NCBI RefSeq assembly: GCF_021869535.1
Contig: NW_026262593.1
Span: forward strand, 45,446,001 to 45,510,000
Source of the DNA: Mytilus californianus
Taxonomy: Eukaryota
Direction of reading: 5' to 3'
Length of the DNA stretch: 64,000 nt
A program made the translations under genes and the position numbers. This document shows positions 12,761 through 25,275 of the stretch, in pieces. Below the pieces are notes generated by a model. That model made no database searches. It saw only the letters and a program-made list of their open reading frames with translations, and was not told the DNA's origin. The first letter of the stretch is position 1; the number at the start of each line of letters is the position of its first letter.

Positions 12761-13589
12761 TTTCTGTGAGTGCAACTGTATATATATATATAGGTTTGAA
12801 CGTTGTTTTCAATTTAGACTTGTATATATATATATATATAGCATTTATCAGTGTTGAACACAGGCGCTTTGGGCATGTACCCGCCTCCTTTTCTCTCTAT
12901 ATATATATTTTGTGTTTTATTTATTTAAATATTTTAACTTATTTTCACTTATTTAATGTATTCCTGCTCTTATCCGTAGTTTATATAAGATGTCCCTCTT
13001 TTAATCATAATTTTCCAGTAGATGCAAAATGTTTTAAAAACAGACATTTGCATTATTTTTATCACCGTGTTCTTCAACAGCCATGATCAACAGCTGACTG
13101 TGCGGTATGGGCTTTGCTCATTGTTGAAGGCCGTACGGTGACCTATAGTTGTTAGTTTCTGTGTCATTTGGTCTCTTGTGGAGTGTTGTCTCATTGGCAA
13201 TCATACCACATCTTCTTTTTTATATAGCATGAATTTTGATTGTATAGAGTTGTTTAAAATACATCTATAAGGTTTAATCACTTTCAGATTTTAACTCCTT
13301 AAATGAAAGAAGTGTATTTTTTATTGTAACATAGCATTTTATCAAAATGTGGTGAGAAATACTATTTGTTGAAATACTAGTATATATGAATAATAATGCT
13401 GTACATAGTTAATTGTAATCCAGATGCAAACTAAAATTTTCGAGCTGATTTGTAATTTATTAAGTTTGAAAAGTATCTATAGAAAATAGAATCTATTTGA
13501 ATTGATAATATTAGCTTCATGTCTATCGAGGTCAAATTATAGTCCGTAAAACGGTTTTATTAATATTGAATAAACTAGATCAATAAACA

Positions 13590-13945
13590 CACTGCTGCTG
13601 GTGCACTGCAACTACTCGAAAGTATCATAAGCTCAGTATAGTCATTGATGTTCTGTTATGATTAATGACATGTCATCATGCCTGTCTTAAATTCTCGATT
13701 AGATTAAACACTTTATAAATTATTTAAAAAAACTCCCTAGTAGGCAAAGTTGACCATACCAAATAGGTTAATTTAACTAATGCCCTTGTTGGTCATATTG
13801 CTTCCCCTGAATTAAAGTTTGTAAACAGCCTTGTCTTTCAAATGTTTAAGCGTTCGTGACATAAAGTTAAATAAAAACAGTCGCTTCGGATGTCCCAAAT
13901 TTATAAAAGTGTTATATTGAATCATTTTCGAAACCTTATCTCATT
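13590..13945 (+). mobile_element. More degraded copy of the same hammerhead-type repeat, opposite orientation
   Basis: CTGCTGGTG start and CCTTGTCTTTCAAATGTTTAAGCGTTC...CGCTTCGGATG end match the reverse complement of 12218-12760. Confidence 0.45.
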
Positions 13946-14832
13946 ATGTTATATAGCAACATACCAAGTGCACACAATCACGAGTTAAAAATAGTTTCAC
14001 GTTAATCACAGATCAAGCTCCATGCGATTAGAGATTAAAAAAGTATGCTGTTTGCATTAAATTAAAAACTCAGAAAACAAATTAAAACTATTTTCTTGGA
14101 GAGAAGTTCAAAACAATAGATTAAGGAGACGAAATGATACGAAAGTAGGTGTATACATGCAATTAACATTTTTCACGAGAATAGTCCATTTAAGATAAAC
14201 ACTGAACTGCTTTTTAAAGTGAACACAATAAAGCATTATTTTTTCTCTTCTGTTTGAAAACAAACAGTGTACAAAATGTATAACCTACATTTAGTTGTTA
14301 TCTTGTTTGCGGACAAAATTCGATTACTGATTTCACACTCGGATATATGTTCAAATGTACTTGCGAGGTCAATTTCATAACATTTTTTTTAAATAAAATA
14401 TGTTTCGAAAATTTGTTAAGAAATACTATTGAAATATATATATTTCGTTTGAAATGGTATTTTAATAGACATATAGGAGTATAATGCTTTTTGGGAATCC
14501 CAATTTTGTCATTAACATCACTCCTTATTAATTGATCACACAACGTGTTAGGCATTTCGTGTTACAGAGTGGCTTAACACTTACATCGCTGACTATTTGT
14601 AACTTGTTCAAGTGTTTGTATCTTAATTTGTGTTATATTACTCCCTGTCACATAAAACCGCCGTAATAGTTGACCTTAAAGTCTAGTACAATCACTGATA
14701 ATGAATGAATTTGTTTATTTACATTTCATATCTAAAATCATACTGTACATATATTCATGTCAGAAATGGCAGGAGATAATTGGCACATGTTCATCAAAAT
14801 CGTACCATATAATTTCCTTTCTTTTCCAATTA

Positions 14833-15235
14833 GATTGATTGATTGATGTTTGCTTTACGTCCAGTGGCAAAAATTGCATGCATGTTCAGGACGAGAACAA
14901 ATTGATAATACATACAATACGTAGGTCTTATAATTAAAAAGGGCCGATCTGTATGATATGCGGGGAATTTGGACTGCCACTAGAAAAAAAAACTAAAAAT
15001 TAGCCTTACAACAGGCCACCTATGGACCCTTCAAAGAATTGCTGCAATAGTTCGAGCGTGGCACTTTCTCTACACGAGGTATCGGATTAAACATCCCTAT
15101 TCTGACCGGACATTGCTGTGTATTTATACATCACTCACAACCAAACGGACGCCCCACTTTGACAAGGAAGTGTTTTACTGTCGATCGGAAGAAGAACTAA
15201 AGATACCATATTTCTTTTTCTAGTCACCAACATTC
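14833..15235 (-). mobile_element. Bivalve-type SINE
   Basis: Shares a GGGCGTCCGTTTGGTTGTG..GATGTATAAATACACAGC core and a TCGTCCTGAA.ATGCATG..GCCACTGGACGTAAA..(CAAT)n tail with 52715-52995 and 58560-58850. Confidence 0.65.
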
Positions 15236-15835
15236 ATAAATTAAAATGTCATCCTCATTATTGTGCTGTTCGTATTTTTGGACACCTTAATTAGTCTTTT
15301 AAAAAGCTAGTGGTTTGATGATGATTGACGTCAAAAGAAAATTCTTCTTCATTAGATTTCCCAGAGGACATCATCCTTTTGTAACTCTCAACTAGTTTGA
15401 TAGAAATTGACACTTTACTTGATTTTTTTTTGTTCTCATCATCATTAATATAGAATATGCATCATACGGTTTATCTATTAGGCGAAGATTGGGAATTTAT
15501 TTGTTTTTCCTCAGCTTGCGGAGTTTCTTATGTGTGAGGTAAAGAAAAGTACAAAAACAAAATTATATGATTTTTTTTTTAAATCAATGAATTTGGATTT
15601 ATAAGGGGAAATGTGTGAATTGTTGTATTTTTAGATTGAAATCACAATATTTTATATTGACGTGGAATTTGCTAGTTAACATTATTGAAAAATAATAATT
15701 TTCAGGTTTGAAAAATGCTCCTGACTGAGAGTATAAAATGTGTAGATTATAAAAGGTGTGTTTTGTTCTTCCTTACTTGAAGGAAGGTTCATTTTTGTAA
15801 TATGTGACGACGCCATACAAATATACTGAGTTAAA

Positions 15836-16135
15836 ACTCCCATCGGTGGTCTTGTGGCAGTGTGCTCGCCTAAAGTGCGGGAGCTCGTGGGTTCAATACC
15901 GGTATCCTAGTATTGGAAAATTGGCATTTGCTGCTTCTCCGCAAAGCACCCGGCATTTAGGAGTTAAGACAAACACTGGTAGGCCCGGTGTCCAAGTAGG
16001 ATGAAATGTCTTCCGATGAATTTGTGAACTATCACGTTAAAATTCCGGCTCAGCGTGTTGATCTAGTACCATGCAGGGTTCATATTCCTATCTCATTTAT
16101 ATGTTCTCGACCTGATATGCATGCAATGTTTGTCA
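15836..16135 (+). mobile_element. tRNA-headed SINE with Nin-like central domain
   Basis: tRNA-like head (GTGGGTTCAATACC B box) followed by GGCATTTGCTGCTTCTCCGCAAAGCACCCGGCATTTAGGAG, resembling the Nin domain of invertebrate SINEs (recognised from memory). The 3' tail resembles the other SINEs here. Confidence 0.65.
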
Positions 16136-16257
16136 CTGTTTGTTGAATATTTGTCCATTATCAACATCATTTAAAGCCTGTATAAATTTGTGAAAAGATT
16201 AAAACAGGTTTGATAATTTACATCAGCTTGAATAAAATTGTTGTTGCATTCTTCGAT

Positions 16258-17898
16258 CATACATGTCCAAGACATACCAAGATGTCGATATCGTCGATAT
16301 CGACAATGTCGACACAATTTCGGATCGATATCGATGTACTCATACACTCATATCATAACCAGATGTAGATTTTGATGACGACACCAATGACAAAACCTGA
16401 TGTTGATATCGTCGACTCGATATCGACTCGATATCGATGATGACTTAAGATAATGAATAAAAATAAGACATAACAAGCTGATTATATATATAAATTAAGA
16501 CCGAAGATTGATATAAGGATAGATGATGGCTGAATTGTAATCTATTTATTTTTTTAAAAGACAATCAGGTGGTCACTTCTCCAAAGTAATGTATCCTTTA
16601 AAACACATTAATGTATTCTTCAAAAAAAAAAAAAAACAAAATGTTTGCTTGTATTACATTGACAATGGCTGACATGGTAATTTAGGTGTTAACTAAGTGA
16701 GATATGGTTGCATACAAAGATCTAAAAATGCAGATATAGTACAAACATGACTTGCTATGTAAAATTCAAATCCATGGAATGTGAACTTGTTCCCATTTCA
16801 AACAGAGAAAACATGGTTTATCTATTGGTTGAAATTAGATTTTAACTTTATTTGAATAGTTTCGAGTACTCTTAGATCGGTACTTTGTGATTTTGTCTAT
16901 TTGTTAAATTTTATGTATTAATGCTATACCACCGTCATAGATTTAAGGGAAGTTTTAACGAACAAGTTTAACCTCGCCACATCCTTATTGTGATTGACCC
17001 TTGTCGGGAGCTCTTTGATTAACTGGTTGTCGTCCGTTGCTGTCGGTCATTTTTGATTTTTGTTTATCATTTATACATAAATCAGGATGTTTGTTTTTGC
17101 CATTTGAAATATTTGATATTTTGTTATGCCGGTAATATCGTTAATCTTTGTTGTGAAGACTGTTAGGTGACGTATAGTTGTTAACATCCTCATTCTTTTT
17201 GTGTTTGGTGGTCTGTTGTCTCATTGCAAATCGTGTTTGTGTGTAATTAAGGTACGTATACTAACTAAAAGAAATAAATAGAGAAACAAATTATGAAGAA
17301 AATGTTTAAATGTTGATATGGAATTGATATCGTCGACATATTTAAACAGACGAACTAGGAGAAACCAAATTGTCTATATAGATAATTGTAGCAGATAAAC
17401 ATTTGGAACATGTGTCGATATCGTCGATATCGACATCTTAAAACAGACGAAACAGGAGAAACTAAATTGTCTACACAGATAACTGAAGGAGATAAACATT
17501 TAGAACATAATTTTCCGATATCGACACGATGTCGTCGATATCGACGATATCGACATCTAAAAAGACGATCTGGGAGAAACTAAAATTGTTTAATATATAC
17601 ATAAATGTAAAACAGATAGACATTTGGAACATAATGTGTCGATATCGACATCTTAAAACAGACGACCTAGGAGAAACCAAATTGTCTATATAGATTATCG
17701 TAGTAGATAGTCATTTGAAACATAATGTGTCGATATCGACTTGATATCGTCGATGTCGTCGATATCGACATCTTTATTAGACGAACCAGGAGAAACTAAA
17801 TTGTCTATATAGAAAAATGTAGCAGATAAACATTTGGATCATTATTTGTCGATATCGACTCGATATCGTCGATATCGAGACTACATTGTGTCTTGGAC
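16258..17898. mobile_element. TCGATATCGA-rich non-autonomous element with TIRs and internal ~100-120 bp tandem repeats, flanked by a 143-bp direct repeat
   Basis: Ends CATGTCCAAGACA...GATATCG and CGATATC...TGTCTTGGACAT. Five internal repeats lie at about 17320-17880. Flanks 16115-16257 and 17899-18041 are identical except for 2 positions. Confidence 0.8.
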
Positions 17899-18954
17899 AT
17901 ATGCATGCAATGTTTGTCACTGTTTGTTGAATATTTGTCCATTATCAACATCATTTAAAGCCTGTATAAATTTTTGAAAACATTAAAACAGGTTTGATAA
18001 TTTACATCAGCTTGAATAAAATTGTTGTTGCATTCTTCGATGGAAATATTGGAAATGAAATACTGAATTCAAAATTGTAATAATGATTGTTGTTTATAAA
18101 AAGCAATACGAACACTTATATGTACAGCAGAGTCACAAATGATATCTTAAGAAGTATTGTTCCTACGGAAATGAACATCAGTTAGTATTCGACAAGTATT
18201 GATCAAAAGGTCGGTTAAACGTTTTGGGGTTAGGTTTTCCTAACTTTGGTCAATCCTAGGACTAGACTTAATAAAAATAAGGAGATGTGGTATGATTGCC
18301 AATGAGACAACTAGCCACCAGAGTTCAAATGACGTGAATGTAAGCAAAAATAGGTCAGCGTATGGTCTGCAACAAGAAGAAAAGAAGAAAAACTCATACC
18401 GTATAGTCGGCTATAAAAGGTACCTACATGAAAAATTAGGACAGGCACATAAAGAATGTGGCGGGTTAAACATACTTGTGAGTTTTAACCCTCCCTTCAC
18501 CTGGAACAGCTGTGTAACAGCACAACGTAAGAACAAACTGTAAAAATCAGTTACAAAGGGCTTAACTCAATAGATCGATACAAAGTGCTAAAATGACCAA
18601 CGTAAAAACAATAGACACAAAGCACCGATAAACGATCAAGTACTCGCATTTACAGAAAGCTTGTTCAAAGCCAATTACAGCTAACAAATAAATCATGTTC
18701 TCCCAGAATATACAGTATTAATCAGTACACAAACAACAGATTTAACATAAACTCTTCATAATCAATCTGAGAAACGCATTTACACTGCCAAAATATATAA
18801 GTAAACAGTAGCGACAGGGTGTAGGATCATGAGTTTTCATACATGTACCTGTACAGATATATTATATATATTTGTTTTCCTTTAATTTTGCATTGATTCA
18901 TTTATAGTAGACCGTGTTTATATACTCTCGAGAAAGGCAAACTAAGAACCAACA

Positions 18955-19060
18955 TGAACAAATCAAATAAACAAAAACAAACAAACAAACAAACAAACAA
19001 ACAAACATACAAACAAACATACAAACAAACAAACAAATATACAAACATACAAACATAGCA
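18955..19060 (+). repeat. (CAAA)n / (CATA) microsatellite
   Basis: Direct run of ACAA/CAAA tetranucleotides with CATA interruptions. Confidence 0.9.
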
Positions 19061-19565
19061 AAAACGAAATGAAATCGTCGAATACATCATACATTTACAT
19101 ATGAGAGATGAAACCATATGTGTGATTTAGCCAAGAAAATATTCAGATAAGATTGCCAACGCTAAAGGTACTATAACGCTTTTCCATTTGTTTGAACCGG
19201 TTTAAAAGACAAAAACAAGTTAACAAATTATGTCTAAGCAACCCCCTATAGTCGACAAAAACCGGCAGACCCATGAACAGTCGTTGCTATAAAAACAATA
19301 TCTATTGAATTCCGGGGTGCAGTTTTACCAGTAATTTTTCAGACTTTTGGGAAAATTTATATTGACGGATTATCTTTGGTTTGCTTTTTATTTATTTTTT
19401 TTTTTTTATTCTTAACAATTTATTGTTTGAAAAGTTATATAAACAGTTCATATATCCGAATGCTGGATTTCCTAGGTTTATTGTGTATCAGGGTTGCTGT
19501 CTCTTTGAAATATACCCAGCATCCATTTTATTCATATTATAGTATAAATTCACTTATATTTAAGG

Positions 19566-19866
19566 AATGACTGTAGTATTTTTTCTGTCTATGAAGAAAT
19601 AACATCAAAAATGTGGTGCACACTGAATAACCCGCGTAGCGGGTTATTTTAAAGTGTGCACCACATTTTTTGATGTTATTTCGAATAGACAGAAAAAATA
19701 TTACAGTCATTTCTTATAATTTTATTCTTAATTCCACTTTAAACCGGAGTAAATCATGAAAAAACGTTGATGACGTCAAGGTCACATGACAAAATTATGT
19801 CTATGAGCTGATAAACAAAACAACGTCAGCCAATCGGAAGACGCGTTACATCCAAAATTAAATTAT
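19566..19866. repeat. Long near-perfect palindrome (19566-19711) plus unique arm; dispersed hairpin element
   Basis: ATGACTGTA.TATTTTTTCTGTCTAT..GAAATAACATCAAAAA.GTGGTGCACACT..AATAACCCGC pairs with its mirror around a GTA apex. The downstream arm contains TGACGTCA and CCAAT. Confidence 0.85.
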
Positions 19867-20892
19867 ATATATATATTATTGAGAAACTACCCCTTTACAA
19901 CGGGGACAAGCGCCAGCGGGGTACTGACACCTGCGTCATCAAAAACATAGTATTTACAAACAACATTATATGATTGTAATAAAAATGGTACAAAATACTT
20001 GCAAATATTTAAAAGTCTAATAGATAAATTAATGCTAAAATAACATAATTTGAAATTTTATCAAGTACAAAGGACGTTCATTCATAACGTCTGTAAGATA
20101 TTTTTTCCCGATCTTATCTAAACCATTTCCTAAGTCTAGAGAATACAAGTAACCCAGATCACCTATCATGAACTCTATTTGTGCTAAGGGCGGCAACTCT
20201 GAAAAGCAGATATCCATTTTTAAACTATCGAAACATGCTTGTGTGTCACTTTAATACAGTTAAATAACTCTTTCATATGAACCGAAGATTTTTTATTTGA
20301 TAAAAGTGCAATTATCCAATAGACTTTCCACAGCCCTGGTTTAATCGGTGTATAAAATTCAAAAGAATATATTCCAGTTTCTTTCTAGTTTTGAATCTGA
20401 TAAAATTGACAATTCTTATTTAGAAAAGTTCACATTTAAATTATCGTTTTTTACATAAATTAAACTATCAACTAATGAATGAAATATAACAACATAAGTA
20501 TTTAATTTTCTCAAAATGAAATCTAAGCAATGAATTCCATTTCCAGAAAGCATAGATGTATACACTTACGGTGAAAGCAACTGATATTCATATTTCATGA
20601 ATATTCTTGCCTGCGTAAACATAAAGGGTTAATTTGTTCTCATGTTATCTTTGATTCATTTGCATTTCACCATGTTCAATGTTCGGACATTCGATGACCG
20701 ATAAGAACACGTACGAGAAATCAAGATATCGAAATTTTGTTATTGTACAGTTTAACAAAATTCGGACACATACAGTCATTGTTTTTAAATTTCATTGTAT
20801 ACATGATTTGTTTTGGTAGTTATCTAGAAATGCCATTATTCCCCCGGTCATTGTTTATCTACATGTTTATGTTGATAAGGTACGACTGAATC

Positions 20893-20900
20893 TATATAAA
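20893..20900 (+). promoter_or_regulatory. Candidate TATA box of CTL-2
   Basis: TATATAAA about 50 bp upstream of the CTL-2 ATG at 20949. Confidence 0.45.
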
Positions 20901-20948
20901 GTGAATGCAAACTCATATGTACATGTGAAAAATTAGAATAACTCAAAA

Positions 20949-23872
20949 ATGGAAACAGTATTATTATGCTTAAGCTTTTTCGTTGTACTATTAGAGGCAA
21001 ATGTCATCTTTAACAAAGGTAAGACACTTTAATTTGCAGAATACATTGATTGGTTGATTAGTGTTTAAAGCCACTTTCAGCACTATTGTGCTATCTCGTG
21101 GTGGTCAGTTTTTATTCGTGGAGGAATAAAGATGCGGAAATTATACAACAACCAAAAAACAACAAAGAAAGACATCTATAGGTCAACAAGTGTTGTTTTG
21201 TTCAATTTAAGCGGTTTACATGTTTTGGGTTGTCCTGTGTTCTTGTGTTGCAATTGCATTGAAGTTTATCCCTCATTTTTATATAATATATAAAGTATGT
21301 TAATTTCTACAATTGGTCTATTCGCCAGTTGATTGTATTTTTCGCTTTATTCATGGTTCGTTTTTGTGGTTATAGAATAGTATGTATTTTTGTTCTTTAG
21401 TTAACTAAATTAAAGCCTGATAGTATATTGCAGGACTTGCATATTAATTTGCCCGTCGTATTTTCTTTATTCACGTTTACTCTTTACAGCTGATATAACT
21501 CGTTGTCCTCCAATTCTTCCTCGGAACTCAAACTTGTTTGCCTACATAGACACATGCTTTGAAATGGTTCACGACGAACATTCATGGAATGATGCTAGAA
21601 GACACTGTCAGCAACATGGCGGAGATTTAGCTGTCATCAAAGACCTAACAAAACAACAGTTTGTAATGAATGCTTTGAAATATCTTCGTTGGGACAAAAA
21701 GGGTGTCTGGATCGGCGGAACAGACGGAGACAAGGAAGGGGAATGGAAGTGGGTCACAGGTAAATATCACGTGTCAGTAATTGGACCAAGTAAGCACATA
21801 TGTTCACCTTACATAACTGCATATTGTCACAGAAATCAATATCAGTATTTCTGTATAGTTAATCTATTTTCGAATGGTGAATTTCCTTAAATTGTACAAA
21901 CAAAATTGAGTTTAATATTGAACAAAATATAACTCGTCTAAGAATGATTTGAAACATTTCAAACTAAGATGATATTAATTTTTGTTTTTAATTGAAGAAA
22001 AGCTTATAGAGAATTGTTAAATTCAAAATATAAAGGACATGGAAAACAATTTGTATCTACACGTTTTCAAAATATGTTTGTTATATCAAAAGTAAGCGAA
22101 ATAAATATTTATATTTGATAAGGAGAACAGATGACCTGGGGTTACTGGCAACATGGCCAAGGAGTGACTCAAACTGGATTCCTGTTTGCAAAGGGGACTT
22201 TTGAGGACTGTGCTCAGATCCGTGTTGATGACTCTTATAAATGGCATGATTTTCCTTGCAGTGGTGGCCCAGCTTATCATTATTCGAGTATTTGTGAATA
22301 TAGTAAGTATTATCTAGATTTCAAACGGATAAATACCTATATGCCAATGTTAATACATTGAAACAAATCTTTACTAACGAACAGCCGGGATGTACCTCCA
22401 AAATATAATGTAAGGTTGGGATTTTTTTTCATTCCCCTTTTCATGACGTAGATTGTACGTATATACAATGTATTAGACATAAATCCCTATAACTTAATGA
22501 AAATATACCCCCTGAAGTTTCAATGAACACACCATTGCAACGATATGTAACTTCGTGTTCTGACACGTCTTACCATCGTTAATACATGTACCTTTGCAGT
22601 TAAATGCAGGACATTTCTTTTAAACGATCGCGCGAATGCACGAATTTTGAAGAGGGAAAATATAAATCGGCCAATTATGTGGTCTCTTCAATTCAAAAAG
22701 TAAATAGTATTATATATCCATCAATAACATCCTCCAGATGTTTGCAAGATACTTGTCTTTCAGACATTCATAAAAAAGTGATTTTTGTAATTCAGTTGCT
22801 TTGAATCTATATACTTCTTGTATTTTCGGGGGGGGGGGGGGGGGGGGGCTGCATTTGTCTCGTATTCTGACCTTTCACTTTTACATAAAATGGAATTCAA
22901 AACCTGGATTTAATATTTAAAGAAAAAAACAAAACAAAAATAGAATAGAGGAAAAGTATTTTTTTCAGTAGTACATGCATAAAGGCATAATTACCCATTA
23001 CATATAGCATGACATGTTTCACCTGCTTCCCCATTCGGAGCACCTGAACCCATCACCGATTTTTGTCAATCTTAAGTTTTTTGTACTGTGTTTTCTGTAC
23101 TGTTGTTTGTCTTTTTGTTGTTATCCTTTTGGTCATGTTGTTGTCAGTTTTATTGGACCTATAGATTTTTATTGCCTAAATGTTTAAATCTCTTACCTTT
23201 CACTTTCGAAGTATTAGAAATAAACGGTAGTGTGACAAGAATTCTTCTGTATGACTCTTTTAATAAAACAAACGCAAGAAGAAACCGAGAGGACAATCAA
23301 AACTAAAAACCAAAACCTCTCTCTTAATAATTCAAAGGTGACTTTCTTGATGGCTTCTTTACAATACAACTTAAAATAAAGGATACCATAGATGCAATAA
23401 GGTTTGCATCATATTTTTAACACCTTGAAATTGACATGTATGCAAAGACAACATCAATTCGTTTCAACACATTTATGCAGACATTGTTTTGTAGGGTGCA
23501 TACATAATTGTTTAACAATAATTTATTTTACAACAAAAGCAACACACGTATTTTTCAGAAATGCCTAAAATTTTGACATCTCCTACAACTATGACGAACG
23601 TCGAAACGCCTGTGCCAACAACTATGCCTAAGACAGGAACATCAACTTCAACCACGTTAGCAAATTTTGAAACACCAGCACCGACAATTCAGCCAAACGT
23701 GGAAACACCAGCACCGACAATTTTGCCAAACGTTGAGACACCGGCCCCTACTTCTTTACCAAATGTTGAAACACCCGCACCTAATAAAGATACAACAGCA
23801 TTTACAATTAGGATGAATAACAATCCTCCTAGTGCTGTAATAGTTAATAAAGAATCCGTCGTTATCGGCTGA
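20949..23872 (+). CDS. CTL-2: secreted C-type lectin with short ETPAP-repeat mucin tail (4 exons, 277 aa)
   Basis: Exons 20949-21018 (signal METVLLCLSFFVVLLEA), 21490-21759, 22123-22302 and 23559-23872. All are GT-AG phase 1. Lectin motifs WIGG, EDC, WHDFPC. AATAAA near 24004. Confidence 0.92.
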
Positions 23873-25044
23873 GGAAAATGAAATAAGTTTGGTGATTTAA
23901 ATTGCGATTACTTTTTAAATTATCTGTGCATAATATATGTATATAAAATGAAGCATAGTTACGCCTGTCCTATATGGTATTTGTTATTTTTTTATTATTT
24001 GTAAATAAAAGTTTGTTTTGTTTGTCAATATAACTATTTTGCCTCACCAATGTCGATGTGCACCTCTTTTCTATTTATGCGACCCATAAATAATATAATT
24101 TGCCTAGTACACTAAGTTATTTTCAGCATTTTGTTTGAATAAGAGGCATATCCACATGGCGTCCTCTAGAGGTATATTTTTGGCACAGTTGTTCTATGGA
24201 TTGATCAATATGCATGAATGAGATGTGAAGTATACGTAAGTCTACTGTCCGTCCATTAATAAAAAATTTAAAAAAGACACTTATAGGTCAATTTACACAG
24301 AGACGGCTTTCTATCACGAAACGGTCCATAGCTAGCTATAGTCTAGACAATTTTACATTAAAGAGAGTCTACGCAAGGGATATAACTTTAGACAAGATCA
24401 GCGTAAATAACAATGGTACAGAGAAAACAACAAAAGAGCTCGACGGTGAAGTGTTCTCCTTCAAAAATGAATATAACTAAATAGAAATGATGTACTCGCA
24501 CAGCAAGTGTCAACAGTTTAGAAAAGGAAGATAACACGTATGTCAACGAAAATATTTGTTTCAAAGATACAATAAAATATATAGCGTTTACTTAATTATT
24601 GAACATCAATTTATATTGTGCCATTTATGTTATATTACAGTTAAAATGAATACACTTAATTTATTTCATTTTATATATTTCTTATTTATTAAGTAAATCA
24701 TGTAAATCATATACCGAATAACGTTAACAACATTGCACTTTTATCAAGATGACAATGACGCAAATTGTATTACTATAATTACATACAAGGATGTGTGTCA
24801 CGTTCTATTGTGTCTATTACACGTATTTATATAGAACAATGTTCTTATCTTTAATCGTTCGATTATAACTGCATAGAAACAAATACGAAGTTATTACAAA
24901 GAAGAACGAATTGAAAAGCTAAAATGTATCAGGTGGCTAAATGGTTCAATGATCAATTGACGGTTTGCATATCGAAACATCCTTTGAATGAAATCACTGA
25001 GCTCTTGATTATTTCATCTACACAGATAAATTAATATAGTTATT

Positions 25045-25275
25045 CACTATGCGGGTGCCACATGTGGAGCAGGATCTGCTTGCCCTTCTATAGCACCTGT
25101 GATCACCCTGGTTTTCGTTGGGGTTAGTATTGCTCAGTCTCTAGTTTTCTATGTTGTGTTTTGTATACTGTTGCTTGTCTTTTGGTCTTTTTCTTTTTTT
25201 GCCATGGCGTTGTCAGTTTATTTTCGACTTATGAGTTTGATTGTCTCTTTGGTATCTTTCGCCTGCATGTCTTCT
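25045..25275 (+). mobile_element. 3' remnant of a Penelope-like-associated repeat (CACATGTGGAGCAGGATCTGCT..AGCACCTG.GATCACC family)
   Basis: Aligns with the tail of 36114-36655. Other copies lie at about 23015-23200, 26555-26735 and 63790-63935 (minus). Confidence 0.65.

Noticed and set aside
17320-17880. Regularly spaced palindromic repeats as a CRISPR array
   Set aside because: The intervening sequences are themselves repeated rather than unique spacers, the context is eukaryotic, and there are no cas genes.
20564-20700. Minus-strand GTAAGT donor near the CTL-2 promoter as a distant first exon of CTL-1 (similarly 14579-14584)
   Set aside because: The hexamer is expected by chance in AT-rich DNA, and no matching acceptor was found near the CTL-1 ATG.
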